Assembly: GCA_001179505.1 (NCBI GenBank)
Contig: CDMY01001045.1
Location: forward strand, 62,001 to 126,000
DNA: 64,000 bases
Origin: Vitrella brassicaformis CCMP3155
Lineage: Eukaryota; Protista; Chromerida
Reading direction: 5' to 3'
Part shown: piece by piece, positions 1 to 11,960 of the stretch
Position numbering within the stretch: position 1 is the stretch's first letter
Layout: each line of letters starts with the position of its first letter
Made by a program: the position numbers and the translations under genes
The notes under the pieces: generated by a model
Seen by the model: only the letters and a program-made list of their open reading frames with translations
The model's database searches: none
Told to the model about the DNA's origin: nothing

Positions 1-31
1 ATGTTAAGTGCATCTGGAGGGTGTTGACTCA

Positions 32-154
32 CTGCAAGGCTGGCCTTCTGACTGCAGGGCTGGCCTTCTGACTGGAGGGCTGGCCCCACGGGCAGATATG
101 TCTGCCAGCCTTCCGGCCACAGGGGCAGCTTTGGTGCACAAGTCCTTTGTATTG
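32..154 (-). repeat. Dispersed small repeat with internal 20-bp tandem units, related to the element at 51788-51907
   Basis: Units ctgcaaggctggccttctga (32-51), ctgcagggctggccttctga (52-71) and ctggagggctggcccc (72-87). The reverse complement of 101-154 (caatacaaaggacttgtgcaccaaagctgcccctgtggccggaaggc) aligns with 51780-51826 (caatacaagcgacttgtgcgccaaagctggcccggcggccggaaggc). Confidence 0.75.
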
Positions 155-342
155 TGCATGCTGGATGATTTGTGCAGCCGATAGGAACGAGGTGCAGACT
201 TCTTTTTTGCTTGCACAACGATACAAGGTACATACAACACAACATACGTACAACAATAAATCGTATCCTACACATACCCGACCCTCATGATTGATTGAGT
301 GACTGATCCGTTAATTCTGCAGGACACTCTCATTGATGCGCT

Positions 343-1640
343 ATGCTGTCACTCCCTTCCCTCAGTTTCGGTGGGCACATGGCCATGGACGAGAAGAGTG
401 TCGTCGGAGGCGACAGCCAGGGTGAACATATCATGTCCAAGGAGGACCTCGCAGACACTCACATCATCGGACAAGTACATACGCAGACAGACATTGTCAA
501 GCAGACAGGCAGACAGCAAAGAAACAGACAGACAGACAGACAGACAATCGAAGAAACAGACAGTCACTTGGTCACGTACGCTTGGTGTCTCTGGCCACGT
601 GTGCAGGTTGACCACAAGTTTGTATGCTGCTTCGCTGCCTCGATGCAGTCCATCGCCCTGGTGGACCAACACGCATGCGGTAAGGACAAAAGTCGCTCGG
701 TCAATCATTCTGTCTCTTGCCTCATCCGTGGCCGTTTCGTTGTTTGGCGAATGTGGAGGTGAGCGAATTGAGTTGGAGAAGATCTTCGAGGCCCTTGCAG
801 CGGGCTGCCACGACGACAAGCTGCTGTCGACGGCTGTTCTCTCGCCCGCAGCCCGTGTGCTACTCACGCCAGGACAGCACGCCGCACTCGTCAAATATCA
901 AACACTCGTACGTCTATCGCTCCACACCACATTCTGTCGTGTGTGGCTGGATGGATGGATGGATGCAGGTGAGCAAGTGGCGTTTCCATGTCGATGTCTC
1001 GTCAGCTGCCATGGCTCCCGACGGATCCATCCGCGTCAAAGGTCAGTCAGTCCAGGCATGAGTTCATGACATGAATGAAGGCGTTGCATTGCGCTGCATC
1101 AGTCCACTCTGTTCCAAAAGTGGCATCGTATCAAGCAGCGCCCGAGGAACTTCCCTTCTTCCTACAGTATCGCACACACCCACATCACACAGACAGAGAG
1201 AGACAAGTGGACAGACAGACAGACGCACAACAAACGCATCTCTGTTTCTCCTCATGTGTTTGTCCATGTGATCAGGTACTTGGAGACACAAAAGGAGGTG
1301 CATTTCCCCTTCCCCGTCCCACACAACTGTCGCAAGCAGCTCGTGTACCAAGCGTGTCGTCGAGCCATCAAGTTCGGCGACCCCCTCACCGACCTGCAAC
1401 AGGCCGACCTCCTCACACGCATCAAGCAATGCAAATATCCATTCCAGGTCGCACCCATTGCACAGAGACGCCAGCCCTCACATGCATGTGTGTCTTGTGG
1501 TGTAGTGTGCGCATGGGCGGCCGACTGTGTATCCATTGTTCACGCTGGATGGCCCTGATGCCTGTGCTGGCGACAGCAGACACGAAGACAGTGAGGGCAA
1601 GTCGGCCGGATGGGAGAGAGAGCTGGGGCCCATCGACTGA
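343..1640 (+). CDS. MLH3: MutL-family C-terminal endonuclease domain, MLH3-like (spliced). Upstream exons may lie before the window
   Basis: Spliced exons give IIGQVDHKFVCCF...LVDQHACGERIELE (DQHA-X2-E-X4-E), QACRRAIKFGDPL (ACR motif) and QCKYPFQCAHGRPT. These match the MLH3 C-terminal motifs. Stop at 1638-1640. Likely acceptor ctcccttccctcag at 365. Confidence 0.88.
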
Positions 1641-2519
1641 AAATATGTCAGCGCGCACAAATCGTCCGTTATGCATGTGAATGATGTGTTGAGGCAAAGA
1701 CGGCTTGGTGTGCGCGCACGTGACTTTCTGCACATTAGCGAAACGGTTGTGCTGCATCGTGTACAAGAGCTGGCATTGCCGACTGTGGACACCGTCAATT
1801 GTACGAAGCACTTGGACATCGTTTTCATCCACTGACCGCCGCGCCACCACAGCGAAAGTGCGACACACGAGTGGTCAGGAGACATGAGGAAAACGTTCAA
1901 GAACTCCGACGAAGCCAATGCCAAGTCTGTCGACATAAGTCACACGTCAAAAGACGGATAAAGGTAAAAGAACCAATGGCCGTGCGCGCGCGATGCCCGT
2001 GGCGAGTGATTGTTTGTCGAGTTTGAACACCGGTATATGTGGATGTCGAGCGCCTGTCTGTCTGCTTGTGGTGTGCGGGCGGTGGCGTGCATGATCTGCT
2101 GCTGTGAATGTAATCTCGCAGAGGGTACATGACGAGGACAAGAGCATGACCCTACGCGCTGCAGCCAACAAAAAACCTCCCGGAACAGAGACAATGAGAC
2201 AATGAGCAGTCCTTCAACAAAACTCAGCATGTCTCACTTTAGTGAAGCCCCATAGGTGTCCCACATCCCCAGGTTCTTCTCTCCTATGTGCCCGTCTCTT
2301 GATCCCTACACATGGCCATGGCCTACGCTGCTGGAGCCGTTCGAGCCCTATGTTCATTCCAATCCAACAATTGCGCCGGCTCGCCTTGCATGTCACACTT
2401 CACTCTGCTCGGCTCTGCGTGTCTGAGTTCCCCGAGACAACTCTTCACTCGTGATCAGCACAATACTGGCAGCCCGGCTCCTTTTTAGGTGACAGGAACA
2501 ACATAATAATATGGGCAGG

Positions 2520-4757
2520 TACGACGCTCTGGCTCAGGTAGGATCAAGGGCTGTGCGACGGTGCCGCTGACGGCACGCCGCAGAGACATCATGAAGAACG
2601 GCAGCCACGTGGAAATGCTGCATAGACAGACACACAGGGAGAATAACAAATGCAGTGAGCAAACCGATCGATAAATGCGCCTTACCAGCAGCCGGCGACC
2701 AGGAACAAGGTCAGTACTACACGGCGAAGAACGCCTTTCTCAGACCTGGACGAAAGCATGGGAAGGTTGTTCCACCTCATCAAAACACACAGCACGCACA
2801 GCTGGAATAGCTGCTCGATAGCCACCGGTAACACCAAACCCATGCCTTCCTCCACAAGCTGCTCCCATGACGCGCCTGCGTAAGCTTGGGCCGTGAGTAC
2901 AGTCAGGTTGGTAAACAAAAGGGCCACCAGCTCACAGCTGGACCAGATGTTCACCTGGTCGGATAGTGCACGTAGATACCTGCAATGCAAGTACACGTAA
3001 GTGCACACTGTGTGGATCGTGTCTCAGTTTATTGTGGCGGCGGGTACCTTGGAGACACTTCGAGTGAGGCCAAGGCCGACTGCAGCCCTCCGACTGGAGC
3101 AGCGAGAGACAGCGCTGTGGTCATAATTGAGCTTTGACGTCTTAGCAGATGACCGTTCTTTCTCTTGCTGTGCTGGCTCTCCGTAGCGTCGTTGTCCTTG
3201 CCCATGGCTGATCCACTGACCGCCTCCGCTTTAGTCGCCGTCACCGCAATGTCGGTCAAGCTATAAGCTGTGGGTGCCTGTCTCTTGCACCGGGCCTTGA
3301 CAAACTTCTTGGCCGACAGGTAAAGTAGAATTGCTGATGCATACAAAGAGACAAGCATAATTGACCAAGAATTCACTGATGTGTCCATGGCTGACGCGCG
3401 TACAATAGGGGTGTGAAATGTCCATGATCAGGTCAACGATTGAGATGAGGACAGAATAGAAGAGTTTGCTCCTCAGGTTCACGGCCTCGGCTTGAAGCAT
3501 GCCTGATCAGGAACATCACACCCCCTATTGTACGTGTGTCAGCCATGAAGAGGTGACTGACGTGGGAAGATCACGTAGACCACCGCAGGTAGTGCTATAA
3601 GCAGCGAATTGCATGTGGGAACTCCCTCCTGGATAACATCATGAGAAACAAAGTTCGCTGTCTCTTAATTGGCTCTGTTAGTCAGTTCGTACTTTGAGCG
3701 ACCGCACGAGTTTATTGACAAGTCCGATAGCGGGCATGAAGACTGCGAGATATATGACAGCCATCCGGAGTCGGTCAATATCAGTGGATGATGCAGCAGC
3801 AAATCGTGGCGAGAGGGCAGCGATCCAAATTATTGACATAGTGAATGCCATCGTGACAGCTGCCGTGACCTTCATAACATACTCTCGTCTGGCCCTAATA
3901 CTCAACGATCCCGCAACGCGCCAGAAGTACACAAAGAAAGCCGCATAATATGAGCTCCAGTAAATCGGAATGATGATGTTTCTTCGTTCTTGGGTGTCGA
4001 AATGGAGCCCATGACCAATAGAGATCAGCAGACCGAGCGCCAATGCCGGAAAAAAGACGAGCCACTCCTTCTTCAGCCGCACTATCATTCTTCGCCGGCC
4101 GGTCCCATCTGTGACGAGCACGAGCAGGAGCAGCAGCATGAGACATTCTATAATGCGGCATAGGATGCCAAAAACCGGCCCAAACGTACTTGACAGACAC
4201 CAATAGATGAACATTAGAGTGCAACCGACGAGGACGATCGCAATGGCGAGAGCAATTGCTGACTGCTGAAGTAGAGCCACAGAAATTCGTCTCAAGGTCG
4301 TCACGAACGGCTCGGGTTCAAAAGTTGCACCAACAAGCACCTCTGTTGTGCTGCCGTCGTGATGCATCGTTCTATACTCGAGGGTCGTCGGCCATTCTTC
4401 AAAACTAGCCTCGTAGCTTGCCGCCTCCCTGAACTCATGGACCAAATCCGCTATAATACGCTCCTCACGACGCAGTTCATGGCCAGAAACGGAATCTCTC
4501 GTGTCGATGGTTGATGTTATCGGGGCCCGTCTTTCGTGACGTGTTTCGTCGCCATGCGCTACGGTTGTGATGTGGTCGCTTGGTCCAGGTGCTGTGTTGT
4601 TTGTCTCTTCAGCGTCGTGCTGTTGTGGGCACGGCAGGCTGACTGAGGACGAGAGATTGGACGAGAAGGTTGAGAGAGCGGCTGGTTGATGTGCACATTC
4701 ATCCCCAGGTGATTGAGGCGGTCTCACAGCCTCGCCTTTCACCGTCACCACTGACAT
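2520..4757 (-). CDS. Multi-pass membrane protein of unknown family (spliced; 3' end uncertain, may extend to about 1700)
   Basis: Long first exon MSVVTVKGE...KLVRSLK with several hydrophobic segments. GT-AG-bounded exons follow (EGVPTCNSLLIAL..., MLQAEAVNL..., YLRALSDQVNIW...). The paralog at 61.5-63.8 kb conserves the frame. Confidence 0.7.
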
Positions 4758-4766
4758 TGGGCCGTT

Positions 4767-5346
4767 TTCCGTTTTCCATCGCAGCGGTTTCAGGGAGCAC
4801 CCTAGGTGGCCTGACGGCCAAGTCCCCTGTCGGTCTGTCCAACATGAAACAGGCACCCTAACATGCAACCCGGACACGCAACACGCAGCACGCAGAGGGC
4901 AGATGCAGCAGAGAGGAGGATATGCAATGCGCTGCGAACGACGGCCACATACAAGCAGGCACACAGCGTCGCACACACGCCACCCCAGCAGCAGCTTGAA
5001 GGCGGCGTGCGTGCGTGCGTCAGGCACCATGACTCCATACGTAGATACCGCCCATCCCCAGGTGGCCAGCCAGTGCAGATCGCCCAGTCACACACAAACA
5101 CGCCCTTATAACAACCACGCACGGAGTGCTGGGGGTGCATGAAAGCGCACCGCCGCCCTCTCCAGGGCGGCCCTCTCCAGGCAGGTGGCCGACCCACAGA
5201 CACCCCCAGTGCACGCCCATACACATATCACCGCCGGGATAAGTAGGGGCGCGGCAAGACACACACAGACCACGCCCACATCCACACGCACACCCCTACA
5301 CACGCGCACACCACCCAGACACACACACACACACTTCCGTTTTCCA
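4767..5346. other. Segment of about 570 bp present in copy 1 and absent from copy 2, flanked by a 12-bp direct repeat and ending in (CA)n
   Basis: ttccgttttcca occurs at 4767-4778 and 5335-5346, with acacacacacacac just before the second copy. Copy 2 joins the two flanks at about 63810-63825. Confidence 0.6.
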
Positions 5347-5405
5347 GAGATGCGAGCTTTTTTTCCAAATTGCAGATCTCCGAAAAAGGGCATCTACGTG
5401 AAAGG

Positions 5406-8139
5406 ATGCATGGCATCTCGGTGCAGAGGCTGCTATTCTTTCTGTCCATCTACTTGTTCGCCTTCCTCCGCTCTGGCACGGCATTCAGATCATCACCATC
5501 TGTGTACCAGATCATACGGCCCTGCACATCGCCAGCAGGCTGTCGCCCCAGCAGATCACATGCTCTCAAGTTCGACAAAAGTAGTAGTAGTAGCAGCAGC
5601 AGCAGCGACAGGAAGGAGCCAACGCCGGAGGAGGATAATGAAGAAGAAACAGAAGAGGTGCGTGATAGGCACATGCATGCTGATAGACGGATGCTACACA
5701 TCGTCACTGGAGGTGCTGTTTGTGGTAACGTGTCTGCAGGAGAAGCAGGCGGCCATGATGGAGATGATGGACCAGTCAGTCCAGAAGGCCATCATAGAGG
5801 CGCGCACAAGGCGCATTGCCGGCGGTGTGGAGGACCGCGCCACACAGGTTCGTCGGGGCAGAAAGAGGCGCAAGGGCGAGGAGATGCGTGTGGCACTCAC
5901 ACTCGACCGCATTAGACGGCAGCAGGAGTACAGCATGAGGGCAATGGGGGTTGACACCGACACCGACAAACAGGGCTCGGAGAAACAGGCTGCCGAGACC
6001 ATTGCCGCGGCGATGGAGGCAGCGCAGGAGGCCATCTCGTTCGGCCAGTATGCAACGGCCGTACGGCTGCTCAGGTAATGGGGCAAGATGCGTCGTGCCA
6101 TCCATTTCTCTGCGGCCAATACAATCTGTCTGTCTGTGTGCTTGTGCTTGTGCAACAGGGAGATCGAGCCCTTGATATCCTACGGCACGCAGGTAAAGGC
6201 AGCGACACAAACAGCAGAACGACAGACAGGACATCGTTGTGTGGTGTGTTCATCAGCTGGGAGGTGAGGCGTATCTGGAGCTGGCGATGGCGTACGAGAT
6301 GGACGGTCAGCGGGAGAGCGCCAAGAAGACCTACCGCACCCTCATAAAGCTCAACGGCAGCAGGAACATCAGGGGCGACGCCAAAACACTCCTCTTCCGG
6401 CTCGAGAGCGACGAGCGGCTGCGCAACGTGCAGCTGGACTGGGAGGACGTCGACCCTGAGGTGGCCAAAGCGCTGCGGCAGAAGTACGCCCTCAACAGAG
6501 ACGACTTCGCCACTGGCCAGTCCATCGCTGACCTGATCGTGCCGCGCCGCCGCAGAGAGGAATATTCTACTTACGCGTATCGAGAGGCTGATGGGTGGTC
6601 GTCGGAAACACTCCCTGTGGCGATTTGGGAACTGGAGATCGCCCGGGAGAACCTTTTGGCCGCAGCCAAGCAGTCCAATCCACTGGTGTTCGGGCCGCTG
6701 TTCGGCGCACAGCCCGTCTCGCCGACTGAGATTGTCGAGGTGCAAGAAAGCCAGCACCCACCCCCCATCGATATCTATTTGTCTGTCGTGTCTGCCTCTC
6801 TGCAGGCCCTGCGATGCGTCAAGCGTGTGTACAGGCGCGAACAGATGGGCCTGCAGCAGACGGACTATCTGCGAATGGGCAGATCACGCAGCGGACAGGC
6901 GGCGAAGGCGCCACCACCAGCAGTATCAGCGGCAGCGAAGTTGATTGAGTCGACGGACGATGAGGGTGATGGAAGTGATGGCGGTGAAGACATCATGCGG
7001 GGTGGGATGGGGCTGGGGCTGCCTGCGAGGGTGCTGAGCATCGACGAGGAGAACAAAATGATGCAGAGACCTGAGGTGAATGGACCCACCAGACAGACAG
7101 ACAGACAGGAGCGGGTCGCACCCGTATCTCTGGTGACCTACCTATCTGTGTGTGCAGACGTTATCTGAGAAGCTGTGCGGCGAGTTTAGGCTGGCCTACA
7201 CCGCTTCAGGCCCCTCCGGCATCCATTTCACCTACCAGAGCGACCAAGACCTGGGTGCGGCGGGGCTCCCGGTCCTCTCACCCGCAGACCCCTCACAGAC
7301 GCAGCAGCTGCAAGACCAGGCCAACAGGGTGCCGTCGCTGACACTCAGCGACGCCAGAGTGACCACACGGGCCAGACAGGGCGGCAGGCGGACACGTGTG
7401 GAGGTGCGGGCGGACTACAAGCTTCCCTTGGGTGTGGTGGGGTGTGCGGGGTTGGCTGGGGAGGGCGTCTATGCCCCGTCGTCGGGACATCTGCGGCTGA
7501 CGTATCGCAGGGCATGGGTGGGTGAATGAATGAGGGGGTGGGTGAATGAGTGGGGCGGTGAGGGAGCGGACAATACAATACGGTGTGCGTGTCTGTGCGG
7601 CTAACCGCACTCATTGCAATGCATTGCAGGTCGATTTCTTCAACACTGGCGCGAGGCTCTCTGTCCCAACAGCCGGCCTCGTCGGCAACACCAAGTAGGC
7701 GTGCATCCATCGCATCCACTCACATTCACCAGACAGACAGACGTGCAGTGCGTGTAACAAACATGCCCCTGTCTGTATCTGGGCGTGTGTGGCTGTGCCT
7801 GCCTGTCCGGTCCGTGTGCATTTATTTAAATCAATCAGGGGTCAGTTGCTGCTGCTCGATGACCGTCTAATGGTGACGTCGACAGCCGTGCCAACGAAGC
7901 GGTTCGCGCAGAGGTTCAAGGCGATGCAGGTGAAGGGCTGCAGTGTGTGGTGCCGCCCCGTGGACGCGCCGCTGCCCAGCCAGACGGCCATCCGCATCGT
8001 ACACACACGCGACTGGCTGTTCAGCAAGTATGGGCAGGTGACTGAGGTGAGCAGTGGTGGTGGTAGTGGTGACAGTGGGGGCAGCCTACCGATGGCGGCC
8101 AGCAATACCCCTGACAGTGTGGCGGCCGTGGGCGCCTGA
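5406..8139 (+). CDS. Probable plastid-targeted TPR-like protein (bipartite leader), with a possible fibrillin/lipocalin-like C-terminus
   Basis: MHGISVQRLLFFLSIYLFAFLRSGTA-F-RSSPS looks like a signal peptide with Phe at +1 and an S/R-rich transit region. Helical repeat FGQYATAVRLLR...GGEAYLELAMAYEMDGQRESAKKTY. Further spliced exons run to the stop at 8139. Confidence 0.6.
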
Positions 8140-8661
8140 TGGGTGAGTGAGGGCGTGTGTGTTGGTTCGTTGGTTGGTCGGCTGGTTTGTTCCGGGTGTA
8201 CATATACACAGCTCTGCTGCCTGATGGCCGACGATGGGGGTGTCTGCCTGTCACAGTGCCTTCCTGTCCTTCTCCCTCCCTCCCTGTCTCCCTAACTGCG
8301 TGTCTGTCTGCGTGTACGATAGAGACATGCCTAAGTGCTCTGTGTGGGTCGTGCAGTTTTGATCGTTAGGCACTGTGAGTGAGTTGGATGGATGAGACCA
8401 CTGACTCTTCGACTTGTATGTATGTCTACACGAACACTCCACCCATGCATGGCGAATCCATCAACGCGCACGCACACACGCACAGGCAGACAGACAGACA
8501 GACAGAGAGAGAGAGAGAGACGTCTCGACAGGGCAAAGCCACCTGCACGTGTCCGTATACAGACGACTTGCGCAGCCGAGCGCCACATGAAACACCCCTC
8601 TCTCTCTCTTTCTCTGGCCGTATGTGCCATCCATATCTCTAGCGTAAGTAAGTCGGCCATG

Positions 8662-11600
8662 CTACGAATGCATGGGCCCCCCACCCGCACCCCCAATGCG
8701 GCCCCTGTAGCTGGCCGACACGAATGGTGCGGCGACTGTGGACGAGTAGGGCGGACACTCGGCGTGGTGGGCGGCCTCGATTTCTGCTGCCAAGAGGAAT
8801 GCGTCTTTGCGTTTGGCCCGCATGTAGCGGAGCGTCGAGCAGCCGACCAGGATGAAACCTTATGTCCGCACCATACACACCCAGGGGGAGAGTGGAGGGG
8901 GAGGGTGGAGGGCGGCGGCCTTACCGAGTATGAAGGTGGTGGAGACGCTTGACAGCACAAAGGCCCAGTGGGGCAGGTCAGCTGCAGTGCGGAAGCTGGA
9001 AGAAGGGAAACACGCAGCGAGAGAGAGAGAGAGGCGGTGCAGGGCCGGGCTCGGCCATGCAGGTCCATGTATGTATCTTTGTGCATGTTGGCATACATAC
9101 TTGTTTGCGTACACTGGTGTCGACCCGACTCGGATGATGTCGATGATCCACCAGACCCCAAAACCACCCAAACTCACAGCCTTCATCGACCCTGACAGGT
9201 AGATAGACAGACAGACAGACGAGAGCCATGCATGACCTTGATGGATGCATCCATCAAAGAGACCAGCCAATGGGTTACGAACAAACATGAACAGTCGATT
9301 GTGATGTGATGATAGCGAGCAACAGACACTCAAATGGACAAACGATGCCTGCCTGCATGACACAGATGCCTGCATCACAAACAGACGGACCTATCAGTGG
9401 GTGTCCGAGGTAGAAGAGGTCTGCGCCGAGGAACCCGAAGAAGAGAGACAGGACGTACGCAAGGGCCTGTCTCCACAGATATGAGCATCACCGTTTAACC
9501 GTATGGAGACACACATACGCGCACACAAACAACAACTATCGTGCTGTGCTTACCTGTGATTTTCTCTTGGTGCGGCATTCTGGGTCAGCCCATTCTCTGT
9601 CGCACTGGCAGAACTGAAGAGTCCGGCCGCCCGCGATTGACGGCGCATCCTGCCTGAAAGAGGGTGTGGCATGTTTGTATATATACCAACTTGTGGATAT
9701 GATGAGTTATCGATCAACATGTCTGACTGACCACTGCTTGCAGGTGCCTCTGCCGGAGCACTGCAGCGAGGGGGCAATGGAGGTCTGCAGGCTGCAGCTG
9801 TTCCTGCACGCAGGCAGACCACCACACGCCACCTATCACCCACAACCGTGTGTCCTCCATGAAAGGTACCTGACTCGTCTGCCGTCAGTGTCGACAAAGT
9901 CGTATTTGAGGAGGTAGTTGGGCTGCTGCCGCCACTTGCCCACCGTGTGCTGCCCAGCTGCACACACACAAACATGCAAACATCCACACATCACAAGGCT
10001 CGTGCGTGATTGTCCGGGCTGTGCGCTCACTGATGTCTGAGGTCATGCTCCGTCCCTCCAGAGACAGAACACACGTCAGTAGCGACGCTGGACAATCACG
10101 ACAGCAACAACAGACAAACAGACAGACAGACAGACAGACGAACGGACGGACGCGCAGAATTCGAGACATATCAGAGCTGGATTGTGTGTTTATACCGGAT
10201 ATGATGAATCTAAGGATGAGGGCGGCTGATGAGCGCCTAGCACCGCCACCAGCAGCAGCAGCGGCAGGCCTCTTACCTTTCTCGTACACAATAGTCACAC
10301 CACCACCATCGCCCGTCGGCTCCTCTGTCAGATTGTCTGGTGGCGGCTCCTCTCTCTCGCTGTGGTCTGCACGTGGATCGTTCTTCTCCGTCTCCTCGGG
10401 CGGCGCGCCAGGCGATCCCGATGACCTGTTGGGTGGTACGAACGGACAATGTGACAGACTGCCACGCGCTACATGTAGCTAGCTGCCGTTATTTGACTGA
10501 CTGACCATGCTGCCAGCTGTATGATGAGGGCGATGATAAGCGCAAGAGGGGACCACAGGGACGAGAGGCGGGCAGCGCCTGACAGACATGACACACAGAC
10601 AGGAGTGAGTAGTGAGCGACTCGTAAGCGGATCGGATCCTCCTGGCCCAGTCAGTCAGACCAGTGCAGAAAGACGACGGGCCAGCATGGTCGACATATCC
10701 TGCACGAGATGAGATGTGGATCGATGGGGGACAGAGAGAGAGAGAGAGAGGCAGAGAGGCAGAGAGGCAGGGAGGCAGGACCAGTCCGAGTATGTACATG
10801 TCAGTCAGGTGTCTCCACATGTACGGTTATCGACCGACCAACCAAGCCGCCCACCTTGTGTCTGCAGTAGCGACCCGTCCGGTAGGGCCTTGGTGTGAGT
10901 GAATCGGCACTGCACACTCTCGTCGCAACACTCCACCCCGCAATGCCTTCCACAGAGTGAGAGGAGACCAAAGGCATCCATCACAGGCAGGCAGGAGCTT
11001 GGTTCGGTAACATTAACTCACTTCACATAGTTTTGGCAGCTGCTTCGGCATGGCCGCAGGTACGCCGTCGACCCACCTGGATGCAGAGGATGCAGAGAAA
11101 GACAGAGAGAGAGAGAGACAGAGAGAAGACGGTCTGGTCTCGCACATGAGCAAGCCCATACCTGGCGTGACGCCGGCTTCGCATTTTGGAAAGTAGGTGT
11201 AGCACGACAGCCGCCACACGTGCTTGATGCAGTCATCAGCACTCTCCCACGGCTCTGTGTGTTCCCAGAAGTCTATGCCCATCCCCCCGAGGTGGTAGGC
11301 GAAGGTCGTGACGGCCTGGCCGTCGGCAGCTGATACGTTGACCACCCCGGCGCGCAAGCCGAAGTCATAGTCCACCACATCGCCGCAAAACCTGCATGAG
11401 CAAACACCCCTACCGTTCGTGTTGGATTGGGTTGCTGTGTGGAAAGCCTATGCATCACCGACCGCATTGCGCTCCCGTGTGTGGTGTAGTCCATGCATGT
11501 GTCTGCGGACAGACGGACAGACAGACCGAAAAACAGACACATACCAGCCACCCAGCCTTCAATGAATGCCGGCTGGCCGGGCCCTCTCTGCAGTGTGTGG

Positions 11601-11845
11601 ATGGATGGATGGACAGACGCGTACAGTCCTTGTGGCTTTCGAGCAGCGAGAGGTCCTCGAGCGCCGGGAATATGGGGTTGATGCAGTAGGCAGGGCGGCA
11701 CACCGCATTGGTGGAATAGATCTCCTTGCCTTGACCTACTACCAGCACCACCCTGCACCAACCAAGCAGGGCCTTGCTTGTTCTGTCATTTCGCTCTTTG
11801 GGCTCACCATTGCGATGTGTAGAGCAGCCCAAGCAGTCTCAACAT
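8662..11845 (-). CDS. Secreted/membrane protein with a Cys-rich ectodomain, an EGF-like module and a C-terminal TM2 domain
   Basis: Exons encode the signal MLRLLGLLYTSQWVVLVVGQG, then CINPIFPAL, CIKHVWRLSCYTYFPKC, CSGRGTC, FCQCDREWADPECRTKRKSQ, ALAYVLSLFFGFLGADLFYLG and SLGGFGVWWIIDIIR (TM2 signature), plus a final TM helix. TAG at 8662-8664. Confidence 0.85.
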
Positions 11846-11960
11846 GGTGCAGATCTCGTCATCCCCTCTCCTTGACGCGTAAACTTACTCAAAGGCTGCA
11901 GTGCGAGCTAATGACAGAGTGGGAGATGACGTAAGCAAGGGGTTTTTGAATGACCATCAG
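11846..11960. promoter_or_regulatory. Compact bidirectional intergenic region (115 bp) with GCAGATCTC and GCGAGCT motifs
   Basis: Lies between divergent ATGs at 11845 (-) and 11961 (+). Motifs at 11849-11857 and 11903-11909. Confidence 0.55.

Larger units (their letters stand above)
289..5521 (+). repeat. Segmental duplication, copy 1 (direct repeat of 59228-64000)
   Basis: Colinear, near-identical sequence from gattgattga...ctgatccgttaatt at 289 and at 59228, through three genes. Homology continues to the window edge in copy 2. Confidence 0.97.

Noticed and set aside
32-91. 20-bp repeats as a CRISPR array
   Set aside because: The units are contiguous with no unique spacers, the context is eukaryotic and there are no cas genes. 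The same applies at 51801-51900.
1478-2454. Separate gene between MLH3 and the membrane gene
   Set aside because: Open frames are partly shared by both copies, but no consistent start or exon chain was found. They may be 3' exons of the membrane gene or reflect recent duplication.
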